From: an uncultured Nitrososphaeraceae archaeon
GTDB lineage: Archaea > Thermoproteota > Nitrososphaeria > Nitrososphaerales > Nitrososphaeraceae
Direction of reading: 5' to 3'
Assembly (NCBI GenBank): GCA_963825865.1
Contig: CAWGVG010000062.1
Coordinates: 1 to 64,000, forward strand
Length of the DNA: 64,000 bases
Positions 48,592 through 60,886 of the stretch are shown here, one piece after another. Below the pieces are notes generated by a model. It was not told the origin of the DNA, made no database searches, and saw nothing but the letters and a program-made list of their open reading frames with translations. How positions within the stretch are numbered: position 1 is the stretch's first letter; each line of letters opens with the position of its first letter. A program made the translations under genes and the position numbers.

Positions 48592-48660
48592 TTATGTCTC
48601 TGTAGATATAGAATGTTCAGGATCTATTCCTGTAGAGTATAGTATGTTAAGTTTAGGAGA
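48592..48660 (+). pseudogene. DEDD 3'-5' exonuclease N-terminal fragment
   Basis: YVSVDIECSGSIPVEYSMLSLG (Exo I motif). Confidence 0.55.
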
Positions 48661-49097
48661 AAAGTAGAGAATCTCGCTCCGCTAATTGTAGCGGATTATG
48701 GTTTATATATCACTAGTATTCTCAATCTGTAATCTCTATCTATTTATTAGTAGTGTTCTTCCTTTTCTGGAGGTGCTGGATCTGGGAATTCCACGCGTCA
48801 TCCAGCGTCTTCATCAATTGCATGTTTTCTTCAACGCTCATTTGACCGGCATACAGACCGCTAAAAGAAAAGGATATCTCTGCTCTCCAGATTTTGACTA
48901 ACTAAACTAACTAAACTAGGGCATAGATTATTTGCTGCTGCAGATATTGCTAATGAGATACATGCACCGAAGCGAATTAACATGATACTAAAAAATTGGT
49001 TGGCTTCTTTTTACACTACTACTCTGACCTAATCAGAAACTGTATGTGATCTGGATCAGAAACCAACAACAGTTGATTCTCGCTTGCCTGTTTAGAA

Positions 49098-49980
49098 TTA
49101 GAAGATAGAGCTGTGTTGTTGTATACGTGAAGCAAGTGTCTTAACAAATGACCTGTCTGGAATTATTATTGTAAAATATTCTAATCCTGCCTCTCCACTC
49201 ATGTGAGCTTCTCCGTTCAAACTATGCCACGTATTCATGCCAATGTGATGATGGTACCCGCCTGCAGAAAGAAATGCGAGCACCAATCGAGCTCCAATCC
49301 ACTGTTATATCCAGACCAATCTTCTCATGGTAAAACTTGATTGACCTTTCAAGGTTTGTAACCCTGAGGTGTATGTGCCCTATCCTGGCTCCAGTAGGGA
49401 ATGCCTTTGCATTATTTCTTTCCTCCTTATCATAGTTTATTTCAGCCAGTAAAGAGTTCAGATCCAATGCAAGTGTGTCCATCATGATGTGTCCTTCAGT
49501 GTCTCTATGCCATTCATTGGCCGGTCTGTCACGGTAAATTTCAATACCGTTATCTTCGGGATCCCTAAGGTATAGGGATTCACTAACAAGGTGGTCGGCA
49601 AACCCGTCGTATTGTATTCCTGAGTTTTTAACTGCTAAGTATGTAGAGGCAAGGCTCTTTCTATCAGGAACAAGTATGGCAAAGTGAAAGAGACCTGCTG
49701 AATGTAGTGAAGGCTTTTTTGCATTTGGATCGTGTTTTAGAATGAGAAGCGGCTTGTAAGAGGAGGAAGAAGAATGGATGTTGTGTTTGAAAACAATTTC
49801 ATAGATCGGATTAACATCATCATCATCATAGTAATCGCCGCCATGGCTATTAGCTTTATAACTTCTATTGACTTGTAGTCCAAGGCTGTTTTCATAGAAT
49901 GCCATAGCTGTGTCAATATTTCTGACTCTTAATACTGGAGGTCCAATCCTCATGTTGTCGGGTATCTTATATATAGCCAT
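49098..49980 (-). CDS. VOC-family catechol-2,3-dioxygenase-like (CatE-type) protein (frameshift near 49278)
   Basis: GLFHFAILVP, ADHLVSESLYLRDPEDNGIEIYRD, IGHIHL, GGYHHHIGMNTW. Confidence 0.9.
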
Positions 49981-50080
49981 TAGTGATGATACCGTTCTTC
50001 TTTTGGGATTTATTATTCATAAGACTATGGATGGTCTAGACCACTAAAGTTGACAGTGGAAAGATAGATTCTTTGCTTAT

Positions 50081-50153
50081 TGATGTTATAATAGTGTTAT
50101 CGTTATAATGATGTTATAATAGTGTTATCGTTATAATGATGTTATAATAGTGT
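50081..50153. repeat. 28-bp tandem repeat, about 2.6 perfect copies
   Basis: Unit tgatgttataatagtgttatcgttataa. Confidence 0.95.
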
Positions 50154-50392
50154 CAAAAAGTGTTTTTTGATTGTTGTTGCCACACATTTTGAGTTCCTGT
50201 CATAAAAGCGGGATAGAAAAACGAGTTTGTCATTTAGTTAGTAGTAATACACTACAGGTAGTATTTTGTTGTGCAATCAATTAAGTATGCATTTAAACAT
50301 TCTACTAGACTCGTTGAAACTAAGGATGAAGGTAATAACTGGTAATAAATTGGTTGGTAGATTAAACAACAAAATTTCAGCTAAGGAGGTCG

Positions 50393-50830
50393 TTAATAAG
50401 AATGGCATTCTACTTTATGCAATTTTAATTCTTTATGATTTGGAAACAGTGTCAGACATTTTTCGCATTTCCATCTATGATTTGTCCTTGCTCTTTGTTC
50501 ATCATATATAGTAAGGTAACTATGTTGTCCACTCTGGTGTTCGTTTGATACTCGCGTAGGTTCTATAGTATTAAACACATTACTTGTTTGCAACTGGTTA
50601 AGTTGATTGTATACTTGTAAGAAATGCATACCCTTCTCTGTAATTGTATAAAGCCGATCTTCTTTCTGATAATCTATTAAACCTTTTTCCAATAGAGATG
50701 ATAAGAATAGTTTTAACTGTGCATAGGTTAGATATGCTTTATACATTATTATCGTTTGGGTTGCTCTATTAGTATTGACTACAGCTTCTAGAATCAAAGC
50801 AGCTATTTCTTCTTTAGTTCTATGTTTCAA
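50393..50830 (-). CDS. Archaeal winged-HTH regulator with C-terminal C2H2 zinc finger
   Basis: HRTKEEIAALIL..IMYKAYL..YTITEKG; CEKC..H..H. Confidence 0.85.
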   Translation of the reverse strand: MKHRTKEEIAALILEAVVNTNRATQTIIMYKAYLTYAQLKLFLSSLLEKGLIDYQKEDRLYTITEKGMHFLQVYNQLNQLQTSNVFNTIEPTRVSNEHQSGQHSYLTIYDEQRARTNHRWKCEKCLTLFPNHKELKLHKVECHSY

Positions 50831-51134
50831 ATCATTATACCTCTAAATTAATATACTATAATTAGTAGAAAGAATATACCGCTTAATAATATTAACTGAT
50901 ATACTGTGTTTATTTGCAACAAACATGCATTAAAACAAATTCCAATTCCCAACGATGGTTTACAAATTTTGACTATGGTTTAAAACGGAGGGGTATTTCG
51001 TAGATTATTAAAAACTTAGGAGAACATACATACGGTGCCTTGCCAGTGAACTTGATAGTCTCATTCCCTACGCAATTATTGGATAGGCAATTAAAGATTT
51101 ATATACCATTGATTAGTATACTAATCATTAGTAT

Positions 51135-51702
51135 ATGTCGATACAAAGGTATGATTTTGGAAATAGCATAGGGTATATAATTAATCGGACGGCTAAGGCA
51201 TTTGTTAAGGCTCTTGATTCTCAATTGAGGGAAAAAGTAGGTGTAACTGTTGGTCAATGGAAGGTACTGGTGATGTTAGTTGATCAAAATGGTCTTACTC
51301 AAAAACAAATAGCTGACAGATTGGGATTGGAGGGAGCTACACTTATTCCCATTATAGATAAGATGGAAAAAGATAAGTTAGTAGTAAGGAAGGTTGACCC
51401 AGATGATAGGCGAAATAATAAGATCTATCGGTACAGAAATGGCTGATGCTCTATGGGATAAAATGATACAATGTACATCGAATATAAAGGAGATATCTCT
51501 AAAGGGCATACCAGATGAAAAAGTCAAGATAATGAAAGATGTACTAGAGAATATTTGGCAAAACCTTAGACTTCATTTTGACGTTGATTGTACTAGTGTT
51601 AAAAATAACCAGAATGTGGCATCACCTGTTACGACTGTAAAAAAAAGATTCTCAAAAGACGTGAGTGATAAAAATGGTAACCACCAAAGAAAAAGATACT
51701 AA
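51135..51702 (+). CDS. MarR-family transcriptional regulator (frameshift near 51430)
   Basis: LTQKQIADRL, IDKMEK, DPDDRR. Confidence 0.88.
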
Positions 51703-53272
51703 TCATCATAACAAATTAACCTCCGGGCCATCTACTTCTCCTGTAAAGATTTCGTCCTATGCATGGAAGGTACTTGCTGTATTAAGCCTTGTAGCTACTA
51801 TGGTGATGTACGCAGAAACAATGCTTATTCCAGCTATCCCTGATCTTATCAAAGACTTTAGAACATCATATAGTATGTCTTCATGGATTCTTACAGCATA
51901 CCTTGTCTCCGGTGCGGTAATGACTCCAATAGCTGGTAAGCTATCTGATATCTATGGTAAAAAAAAGATTTTGCTTATCATAATGGCAATCTATGCGATA
52001 GGAGTTTCTGCTGCAGGTTTTGCTAATAACATATACTTTATGCTAGTTGCTAGAGCAATCCAAGGAATAGGGATATCGATGTTTCCTATTGCTTTTAGTA
52101 TTATCAGAGATCAATTCCCCAGAGAAAAGATATCGATCGGTCAAGGAGTAATTACTTCGATGTTTGCATCAGGCGCTGTGATAGGGTTATCGGTTGGAGG
52201 AACTATAATTCAGCATTTTGGATGGCAAGCCACATTCTTCACAATAATACCCATCTCAATCTCACTCTTGATAGTGATCTGGCGGTTTATAAATGTCAAC
52301 CAAAATGAAAATGTAGAGCAGCAGCCATTACATCTACAACTACTGGTGGAGAATAAAAAATCCAGTATCGTAAATCTGAATAGCAGAAATAACGATAACA
52401 ACTATAACACTAAAACGTCTGGTAATACAACCATAGATGTAAAAGGTGCATTAACTCTAGCTGCCACTATAACCTCATTTCTGCTTGTACTTACATTTCT
52501 AGAGACAGGCAGCGATAATTCTTCAACTCAGCTTGCTATTGGGTTTCTTGCAATAGCAGTTGTTTCACTTTCGTTATTCATAATGATGGAAAGAAGAGCG
52601 GCCTCACCATTAATTGATTTTAAGATGATGTTAGACAAGACACTACTTCCAGCAAATATTCTGATAATGATTATTGGGCTATCAATGTTTATGGTTTTTC
52701 AAACTATACCCATATTAGTAAGAAGCCCTGTTCCAATTGGTTTTGGAGAAAGCGCTACTAATACTGGAAATGTTCAGTTACCATTTGCTCTAGTACTTCT
52801 AGTATTTGGTCCAACCTCGGGCTTCATAATATCAAAATTGGGATCATTAAGGCCAATAATGATTGGTACCATAATAAGTGGTGCAGGATTCATTGGTCTT
52901 TTAATGCTACATCAAACAGAAATTGAAATATCCGTGAACCTTGCAATTCTATCAGCTGGATTATCATTGACTAGTGTAGGAGCAATGAATGTAATAATAC
53001 TCTCTACACCAAGACAATTTAGCGGAATCTCGCTTGGTATCAGTAGCCTTATGAGAATCGTAGGAGCTTCAATAGGTCCTGCAGTAGCAGGAATGTATAT
53101 GCAGTCTAACCAATCCATATTGATAATAGGAGGAATAACACGTTTGTTTCCATCCATAGAGTCATACAACCTCATATTCCTAACTGCTGCGATGGTATCT
53201 ATTGTGGGCATAGTAGTGGCAATACTACTGCGACAGAGAGTTAGAAAAATAGCCATACCAAATGTTGTCTAG
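51665..53272 (+). CDS. MFS transporter (DHA2/EmrB-like)
   Basis: About 14 TM segments; GKLSDIYGKK motif A, ARAIQG. Confidence 0.92.
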   Translation: MIKMVTTKEKDTNHHNKLTSGPSTSPVKISSYAWKVLAVLSLVATMVMYAETMLIPAIPDLIKDFRTSYSMSSWILTAYLVSGAVMTPIAGKLSDIYGKKKILLIIMAIYAIGVSAAGFANNIYFMLVARAIQGIGISMFPIAFSIIRDQFPREKISIGQGVITSMFASGAVIGLSVGGTIIQHFGWQATFFTIIPISISLLIVIWRFINVNQNENVEQQPLHLQLLVENKKSSIVNLNSRNNDNNYNTKTSGNTTIDVKGALTLAATITSFLLVLTFLETGSDNSSTQLAIGFLAIAVVSLSLFIMMERRAASPLIDFKMMLDKTLLPANILIMIIGLSMFMVFQTIPILVRSPVPIGFGESATNTGNVQLPFALVLLVFGPTSGFIISKLGSLRPIMIGTIISGAGFIGLLMLHQTEIEISVNLAILSAGLSLTSVGAMNVIILSTPRQFSGISLGISSLMRIVGASIGPAVAGMYMQSNQSILIIGGITRLFPSIESYNLIFLTAAMVSIVGIVVAILLRQRVRKIAIPNVV

Positions 53273-53424
53273 TTGAGTACTATACTATGGGTCGACGCAT
53301 GATAAATCGCGCGTGCTATTGGCCATATCTTTCTGCTAATATTAAAGACATCATTTTCTTTACCCCTCTACCATACATTAATACACTCAATGGCATAGCA
53401 ACTCATAATGTAAAAAACACTATC

Positions 53425-53560
53425 TCAGGTCCAAACTTTGCCATCCAATCCAATGACGAAAAGGCTTGTTCCACCAGGTACTGTACTTATAGCAGTTAAT
53501 GCTGATGATTGTGGAAATACATTATCTCCTATATTATGCCATGGTACCCAGTCAGGATTC
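53425..53560 (-). pseudogene. Lectin-like beta-propeller repeat fragment
   Basis: WHNIGDNVFP..LTAISTVPGGTSLFVIGLDGKVW. Confidence 0.5.
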
Positions 53561-54617
53561 TGTTGTCGTGGAATCAAAGAATGTGCTGAGGACATTGCCA
53601 TGCAAATCAATTGCAAAAAGGCTTATTCCACCGGGTCCTGTACCTAAAGATTTGACAAGTGATCGTGGCCAGCCTAAATGCATCAAATATATCATTGTAT
53701 GAAGTAGAATCTTTATCTAGTGTTCCATCATTATCAACAGTAGTCCTAAGCGAAGTTATCAGCTTGTCAAATCTGTCTGGATTGATAGCAATTTTTCCCC
53801 CACCATCTGCTTCAGTATCATCTTACAATGTCCTAACATAGCCTTATGTTCAGAATTAAAGTTAACAGTAACAATTCTCACATCTTGACTCCAGTTACTA
53901 CCTAGGTTTTGTGATTTGTACCTGGCAATTACTTTAGTTCTTCCATAGAATATACTTTTAATTTTAAAACTACTATCTTTTTCAGGATTTTCTTGCATCC
54001 TTTTATTGGTCGTTACTGAATACTCACTGTTGATTCGCTGATGTTGCTATGAAAGGGAGATCCCTTCTGCAGTATGATGAATTACATTTGTTTCTGGCTG
54101 ATTTACGTATCTTTGAGAAACATCTACTATTTTAGCGTCTGTACATCCATGACTGAATACTGCATTATACGGCAAAGCCAATGCTTTATTGTTAGTCGCT
54201 ATTGGACCAACAGAAGAAACTAGGAAAATTACTATCGCTATTGCTGGTATTAATAGAGATCTGGCCATATCCATAGCATAATATATATACACAGATATGA
54301 TCATGTAAGCATTCTGTTACCATATGGCATACTTTAATCCTAAATTTCTGTAAATGTTTTTTCTTATCATGTCTGATAAGGAAATTGTTATAAAGAGCAC
54401 AACATGGTGCATTTACGATATTGCATCCCAATCTGTATCTAAAAACAATCAACTGAATCAGCAGGATTTGTTCACGGTTATAGCAATGCAAAAAAAGTCA
54501 TGTAAGTATCTATTGGGTATGGGTAAAAACTCGAATATAATAATGCCAATACTACTTGTCTAATAAATATTCAATAAAATAAAAGACATTGTAACATTTG
54601 AACTTGGTCCTCTTTAT

Positions 54618-54869
54618 TTAATTATCTGGAATGAATCGACCAATAGCTACTTGTGCCAAATCTCTGCGTTCGGAAAATAGTTTGTAAGCTTGGGATGATA
54701 CAGACATAGAATCCTTTAATTCCATCGCTTTAACTGTCTTCTCTAGGATGGCTTTAATATCACGAGGGCAAATTCTTGCCTCCTTAGCTATTTGGTGATA
54801 ACTCTTGTTCTGATTATAATATAGATCTAAAACAAGCTTTTCTTTTTCCTGTCTAGTTAATGTCATCAT
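54618..54869 (-). pseudogene. Truncated paralogue of the multi-HTH/coiled-coil gene
   Basis: MMTLTRQEKEKLVL..QIAKEARICPRDIK..SSQAYKLF; stops after the second HTH. Confidence 0.85.
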
Positions 54870-55024
54870 AATGCTCTTTATTTTATATGAATACAGAATA
54901 AAAAGAAACTAAAGCTTGCTATCATCTGTTATCTATCTGTTATCATTGCTATCGTTTTGTTATCTCTGATATCATCTGTTAGCATCTGTTATCATGAAAT
55001 TTTAATTTGAACTCAATATGCTAG
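54826..55024. repeat. 199-bp exact direct repeat, copy 2, with heptamer array at 54917-54993
   Basis: Identical to 44975-45173. Confidence 0.95.
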
Positions 55025-55499
55025 TTATGTGTGCTGATCAGGATGGATTAACTTCCATTGATTATATTTTATAGTGCGTCTCTGGGGTGTAATTTATTAC
55101 TGCGTGTGACTCGGTCACATGGTCACACGTTGAAAGTATTTTGATACCCTAGACACGGCGATTTTTTAGTCCTATATCCGTTATATATCAGCAAAAAGGG
55201 CGTCAGCTCGATCATTTTTGTTACAGCATATGTTTGCAACCACCCAGTATAGGGACGTATCATCTATCTGGAAATCATATAAAATATTAATATCCTTGCC
55301 ATTACACTTGCCGCTATAATAGCCATTATTATTTTTAAATTTCTCTTATTTGATTGATCCAAATTGCTATATCACCCATGTTATACCATACCATCTAGAG
55401 TAATTTTAGTAGCATATACCTGCCTCGATTGCTTTTCAGTTCGTATATACCACTAACAGCTAGTTATAGACACGTAACAGCAATAATAATAACTATGAT

Positions 55500-56397
55500 T
55501 TACTTAGCCAGCCATGATATTACCAAGTCTTGTAATGGCGGATTCAATGACTGATCAGAGAACATATTTGTACCATGACTATTACTATTACCACCAGAAT
55601 ATATCTTTAGATTTCCATCACAATTTATCTTTTCACAGAGTATTTTTGAGCCGTCTGCTGCCTTCTGAATCACCTTCAGTTGCTGCAATATAAACTGAAT
55701 TATTATTTTTGTACTTTGTTATTGCTTCTTCTGTAGATACGCCTCTGTAATTGAGTCCAGGTGAAAGAAGCACAACAGATTTTATTGTAGGATCTATAGC
55801 TGCGTAGTTTATTGCTACATTAGCGCCAATACTGGCACCAACTATAGATATGTTATTTGGATTAGCACTCTTATTTGTAATTAGAAATTGTTTTGCTGCC
55901 TTTACATCTAAAACCATTTTATTGTAATCGTCTGGAGTAAATGATTGAAAAGATATTGTATTGCCGTTATTTTGTTTGACACTTTCACCATGACCTCTCA
56001 AGTCTATAGATAATACAGCATAGTCTCCTTTTTGGCTTAAGGTAGAGGCAAAGGCATTCCAAGTGCTCCTATCTTTTCCCAGCATATGTAAAAGAATTAC
56101 AGTTGGTGTTGTTGTTGAAGAAGAAGAAGCGTTACTAACAACGTTTAATGGAGAAGAATAATACGAACCTATTATTGAAACTCCGTCGTCAGTAAGAAAG
56201 TTTACCGTTTGCACATTATTGTTGTTATTGGTACTGCTACCATCACTCTTGCTGTGCATATGCTATTTCCATGCTATTATTTTTTATTATTATGACTAGG
56301 AGAAGAAGGAGAAAGGACAACAGTACCTACTGCTCACAAATATAACAATCACTATTGCAAATATCACAATCATTTGCCTTGTTATCTTCTTAGACAT
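55500..56397 (-). CDS. Membrane-anchored alpha/beta hydrolase (indels)
   Basis: ILLHM, DLRGHGES, GASIG nucleophile elbow, HGT; N-terminal TM upstream in other frames. Confidence 0.85.
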
Positions 56398-56759
56398 TCC
56401 CAATAATAGAATACCACTCCCAAATAATAGTATCTTCTATTCTGAGACAACTCTTAGCGGAAACAGCAAAAGAAATTAAGAAATCGATAGATTTAATTCA
56501 AAATGAACGTGAAACATCCTTATGCCAAACCTCGGTTATCTGACAAGTGATTTCAGTATGTAAAAAATCACATGCATTTAGCAGACCACAAGACTTCTCA
56601 TGGTACAGATTTTATTTTTGCTAAGGATAATCTTTGGCAATGTGATTGAAATTCAGTGACTTGGTCGATTCTTTATCAGTCAAGGAAATCAATATAACGA
56701 GCCCATACTTGGACAAGGAATCAACGTCGAATTCGACAAACTTTATCTGAAAATCGGTA

Positions 56760-57290
56760 CAACATCCTGATAAGAGAACGGATCTAGCTATAACACCCTT
56801 TAGACCAGTTATAACAGAATGCAGAAAACATGGTAAGTTACCATTTTTTACACCATACAGTATGATACCATAGAAGATGTCTCACAATGGAGAGAATTCA
56901 TTCCTATCAAAGATATCATAATGATAGGCTATCCTTATGGTTTATGGGATGCAAGTCAATAATCTCCCCTTCTTCATGAAAGGAATTACTGCTACACATC
57001 CAGGGATCAATTATAAGGGAAATGATGAATTTGTAATAAATACTCCAGTATATCCTGGTTCTTCAGGGTCACCAGTCTTTCGCCTCACCGAAGCATTTTA
57101 CTGCAAATCGAGAAATTTTGAAGCCGGTCCTGACCATGTAAGGCTTCTAGGCATTGCACGTAAACGTCTTTACGTTACTAAAAATGGGGAGGTGGTAACC
57201 CGAACCATTGACCTTGGCGTAGCAATTCGCTCTACGAAACTTAGAGATTTTGAATCTATCATGGCAAATTCACTTGAATGGGATGTGTAG
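56760..57290 (+). pseudogene. Trypsin-like serine protease remnant
   Basis: HPD..DLAI, IGYPYG, PGSSGSPVF. Confidence 0.65.
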
Positions 57291-57494
57291 GTAATATGTT
57301 TCGTTTAAACACCAATGTGCTACCTAGTAGAATAATCATGTTTTGTCAAGAAGCAGGATATTATTTTACAACGTGAATGATAGATGTATGGTATGGCAGT
57401 GTTAGTTATAAAATCGAATAATCGGACTACAGCTGTGATAAAAGATGACTCGTAATTATTCACTATTCACTATCCGTTCATCATTCCTTTTATC

Positions 57495-58190
57495 TCATTT
57501 TCGTACTGGAATTTCTAAATCAGTTCCGTCAGGATTAGTATGTCGTTCGCAGCCATCATAATCCATGTATGTGTATGTTATCTTAACCTCTGCACTTGGA
57601 TGCTTTGGACAGCGCCATTCTATTCCTGACATTGGATCGGAGTGGGCATCTGTCCAAGATGGTCTACTATCATTATAAATGATTTCTTCATAAATTTTAC
57701 TTTCGAGTAGCAGTTCGCGCATTTGCTGCATCTAAACTTGTATACTAGTCTGAAACCATAGCATGATCCATAAAACTCGAACAAACCTTCTACAATCGCT
57801 TTGGCCAAATCCGAATTTGCAAAATAATCTGCAAGTGGAGTCCCTGAATTTTTCTCCCTAAGTGATTTAGTGAACTGCTCAATAGCCTGTTCCGTATTAT
57901 TATTTTCTCTAAGTTTAAGCAGTTTGTCTACCATTGCTGTATCTAAATGAGTATCAGCCGAAAAAAGGCCATGTTCTAGCGCATGGTGTAGTTTTGTCAT
58001 TTCAGCATGTTTCCTACACGTCCAAAAAGTTAGAATCCCATTAGGTTTTATGTTTGCTTGTTTTTGATCACTAGGACAATCATCATGATCGCTAACCGCT
58101 ATTGAATAGCCATATTCTGCCCGATGATGACAAATTCCGCAGTAATTATTAGCACAACGTTTTTTCTTTTTGACTCTATGTCCGTCTGGT
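57495..58190 (-). CDS. Hypothetical Cys/His-rich protein (frameshift near 57718)
   Basis: CGICHH, CRKH, CSKC, CPKH motifs across ORFs 57620..58000 and 57495..57731. Confidence 0.45.
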
Positions 58191-58283
58191 GTTATTGACA
58201 GTTTTCTACTTCACACCTTCGGATACTTCCATATATTTGGGATATATAAATGTATCAAAATGATATATATACTCAATTTGATA

Positions 58284-59535
58284 CTAATATATATTTGTGG
58301 GAGATACGCCCCTTCTATGAAATAGTGCCTTGGCTGACATGCCAGATAATACAATCACGTATTTGTTTGGAAAGTAGCTTGAGACAAGATTGAGTAAATA
58401 GGACTTGCCAGCACCCGATTCTTTAGAGTTGACGATATGGGAAATGGCGTCTTTAGTAAATGCGCTACTCATGCCATAAAATAACTGCCTTATAGATAGC
58501 TCATCGTATTGTGCTTCCTTTTTGATAGTATTAATTACAAACTCAATATCTTTGGCTGTGAGGTTATTTTCTGCTGCTAAACGTTCCTCTTCATCATCTT
58601 CATTTTCTAACTCTGATTTCTTCTTATCTTGTTTTGGCTGCTGCTGTATTTGCTGCTGCTTGCGCTTCTTCATTCTTCTTTTTTGTATAGTAAGCAATTG
58701 CGTCTTTCCATATTGTGTTTATCTCACTTACTGGTAATGGGGTTGGTTTACACCTTTTGTCATTAATCTCTACAAATGTATCTTTTAGTTCTTGTTCTGA
58801 CTTGCCATTACCACCATACCTAAACAAGATACTATTTGCAATACTAATCATGGAATCGTGTCTACTACCTTCGTAAATCTTGTCATTAGAATCTAGCAGG
58901 TTTCTATAGTGTTTTTCTAAATACTCTAGTCCGTGTTTTTTGCATATGCTATCGATAAAATGCAAATATTCTTTTGCTAGGTCTTCTGTGAGGATTGCTG
59001 GATTTTTAGTCCCTGTAATTTCATACGGGTGTCCATCTTTATGCATTGAACATGTGCAATATGCAATCCCATGTTCGCCTAGACTCTTAACCTCCAACCC
59101 AACAATATCATCTGACGGCTTCTTTGGAAATGGTATTGAAGAATAGAAATAGATGTGTGCTCTATCCAAGTCATCTTTATGTTGTTCTACGATAAACTTT
59201 TGTGACATTTCTTGTAAAGTGGTAGTTTTTCCATTTCTTGTGCATAGTTCGTTTATGGCCTTGGATTTGTCTGCATCAATGAATACGAGGTATAAATTAG
59301 ATTTGTCTGCTCTGTGCCACACTTTACCTAGTATAATCGCAATTCCTTTTGAAAATGTACCTTGTTCTTTCCATTGGTTATAAAGTTCTTCAGGAATTGG
59401 TTTATCTTGCCATTGGTCCCAAGGAACTACTGGTTTTTTATTTTTAGTATCTGCAGGTATTACGTTAACACCTATATCATAACGCCAAAAATCAGCACCT
59501 TCATTAATTTTATTTAGTTCATCAGATAATATCAA
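58284..59535 (-). pseudogene. Prim-pol + PriCT-1 + P-loop helicase replication protein, frameshifted and truncated after Walker A
   Basis: VIPAD..KKP..W, GIAIILG, FIDAD, AHIYF, SMHKDG; EGSRHD..CKP.PLP..EI..IW; SGAGKS. Confidence 0.85.
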
Positions 59536-59747
59536 ATTAAGCAGCCTCGAGAGCGTTTTTTTTCGAATAGTTCTCTAATTAGATCAGCACTTGTCTTACC
59601 ATCTTCAAATGAGGGCCTAAAGATATGATCATGACCACATGTCCTACAATTTCCATTGTTATCTACAAAATAAGGTAGAATGTCTTCGATCTTACCACTA
59701 TTCTCAAAATGTTTATCAATATCGTCTGGAAATATACCCTTGGTCAC
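59532..59747 (-). CDS. Small hypothetical protein overlapping the prim-pol start
   Basis: 71 aa, CRTCGH; 4-bp overlap. Confidence 0.5.
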   Translation of the reverse strand: MTKGIFPDDIDKHFENSGKIEDILPYFVDNNGNCRTCGHDHIFRPSFEDGKTSADLIRELFEKKRSRGCLI

Positions 59748-59925
59748 TTGGGAGATACCTCCTGGGATGGCTCAATTCTGTTGACGGCATCAGCTCCTTT
59801 ACCGGTGTTGATGTAATTGCAACTGCTGCGAATGGTACAGGGGCACCAACCTTGAAGGCGATTGCAGTATTTCAACTTCATTACTATTAAATTCCATTTT
59901 TATCTTCCCCTACACCTATGCCTGC

Positions 59926-60222
59926 CTATGGAACCTTAACTAAGTTCTCCATGTCTGAATCTTTTTGTTCAGTGCTAAGTTTCCTCATTTCTAATATGAT
60001 ACCGTTTTCAATGGGCTTTTGAATAAAAAAAGTCATTTCATCAATACTTAGGCGCTTGACATGACTCGGATCAAGTGTTAGAACCACTGAAGTGCCTACA
60101 TAATGTGCTTTGCGAATCGGATGTTTATTTTGTCCTTTAAGCTGATATTTCGTATGTAGTAACATACGAAACAACTTAGCATGACCAAATATAAAAGTTG
60201 TATAGTTGTGTATCATATGCAA
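59926..60222 (-). CDS. AbrB/SpoVT-like small regulator
   Basis: IRKAHYVGTSVVLTL..VKRLSI..NGIILE. Confidence 0.65.
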   Translation of the reverse strand: MHMIHNYTTFIFGHAKLFRMLLHTKYQLKGQNKHPIRKAHYVGTSVVLTLDPSHVKRLSIDEMTFFIQKPIENGIILEMRKLSTEQKDSDMENLVKVP

Positions 60223-60263
60223 TATAACAACATACTTATAAACTAAGCCATATTGTAGAATAT

Positions 60264-60839
60264 GTGGTTGAATCTAATACAGAAGAAGAAACAGAAGTTT
60301 ATCCATCACGAGAAGACCTCCCCCTACACCAAAAGATATTACGAATCATATGCAGTAAGCAGAATGTAACATACAAAACACTAATTGAGGAAACTAGGAG
60401 GGATAGAACAACTATTTTACAGAGCGTGAAATCATTAGTTAAAAAAGAATATATTATTAAAGAAAAAAGGAATCCAGAATATGAGAAAAGCAAGCTAATT
60501 TTTAAACCGACTCGTTACGGAAAAAATTATGCTTTATGTGGCCTTGGAGTTGACGTCGAAGACGTTCTGAAACTAGAAAGAGACGAACAAATTGCTAATT
60601 ACCTTGAACTTATCAAAGATATAGCTGATCCTTTACAACGCAAACCGTTTATCGAGCCGCTATTAGGACTTTTTTCATCAGATGTAACAACGCCGCAAAT
60701 TAAAAAACAGATATTGAATAGAGCGCTTAAAAAAGGAGTAATAGAAATCGTACGAAATAATAACTATGATTCTAAAAGGTTATTAAATAAAAGTAGCATA
60801 CCAGTGGCTCAAAAAATTATTTTCTTCAAAGGAGATTAA
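60264..60839 (+). CDS. Winged-HTH (MarR-like) regulator, divergent from the AbrB/prim-pol operon
   Basis: HQKILRII..TYKTLIEET..TILQSVKSLVKKEYI..KPTRYG. Confidence 0.7.
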   Translation: MVESNTEEETEVYPSREDLPLHQKILRIICSKQNVTYKTLIEETRRDRTTILQSVKSLVKKEYIIKEKRNPEYEKSKLIFKPTRYGKNYALCGLGVDVEDVLKLERDEQIANYLELIKDIADPLQRKPFIEPLLGLFSSDVTTPQIKKQILNRALKKGVIEIVRNNNYDSKRLLNKSSIPVAQKIIFFKGD

Positions 60840-60886
60840 AGAATTAAAGGGTTTTCTTGTCTTTATAAGAGATAATCTCTCCGAGA

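Noticed and set aside
45066-50153. Short repeat arrays as CRISPR
   Set aside because: No unique spacers between repeats, units too short or contiguous, and no cas genes
57495-58190. Possible HNH endonuclease
   Set aside because: Cys/His-rich, but no convincing H-N-H spacing found
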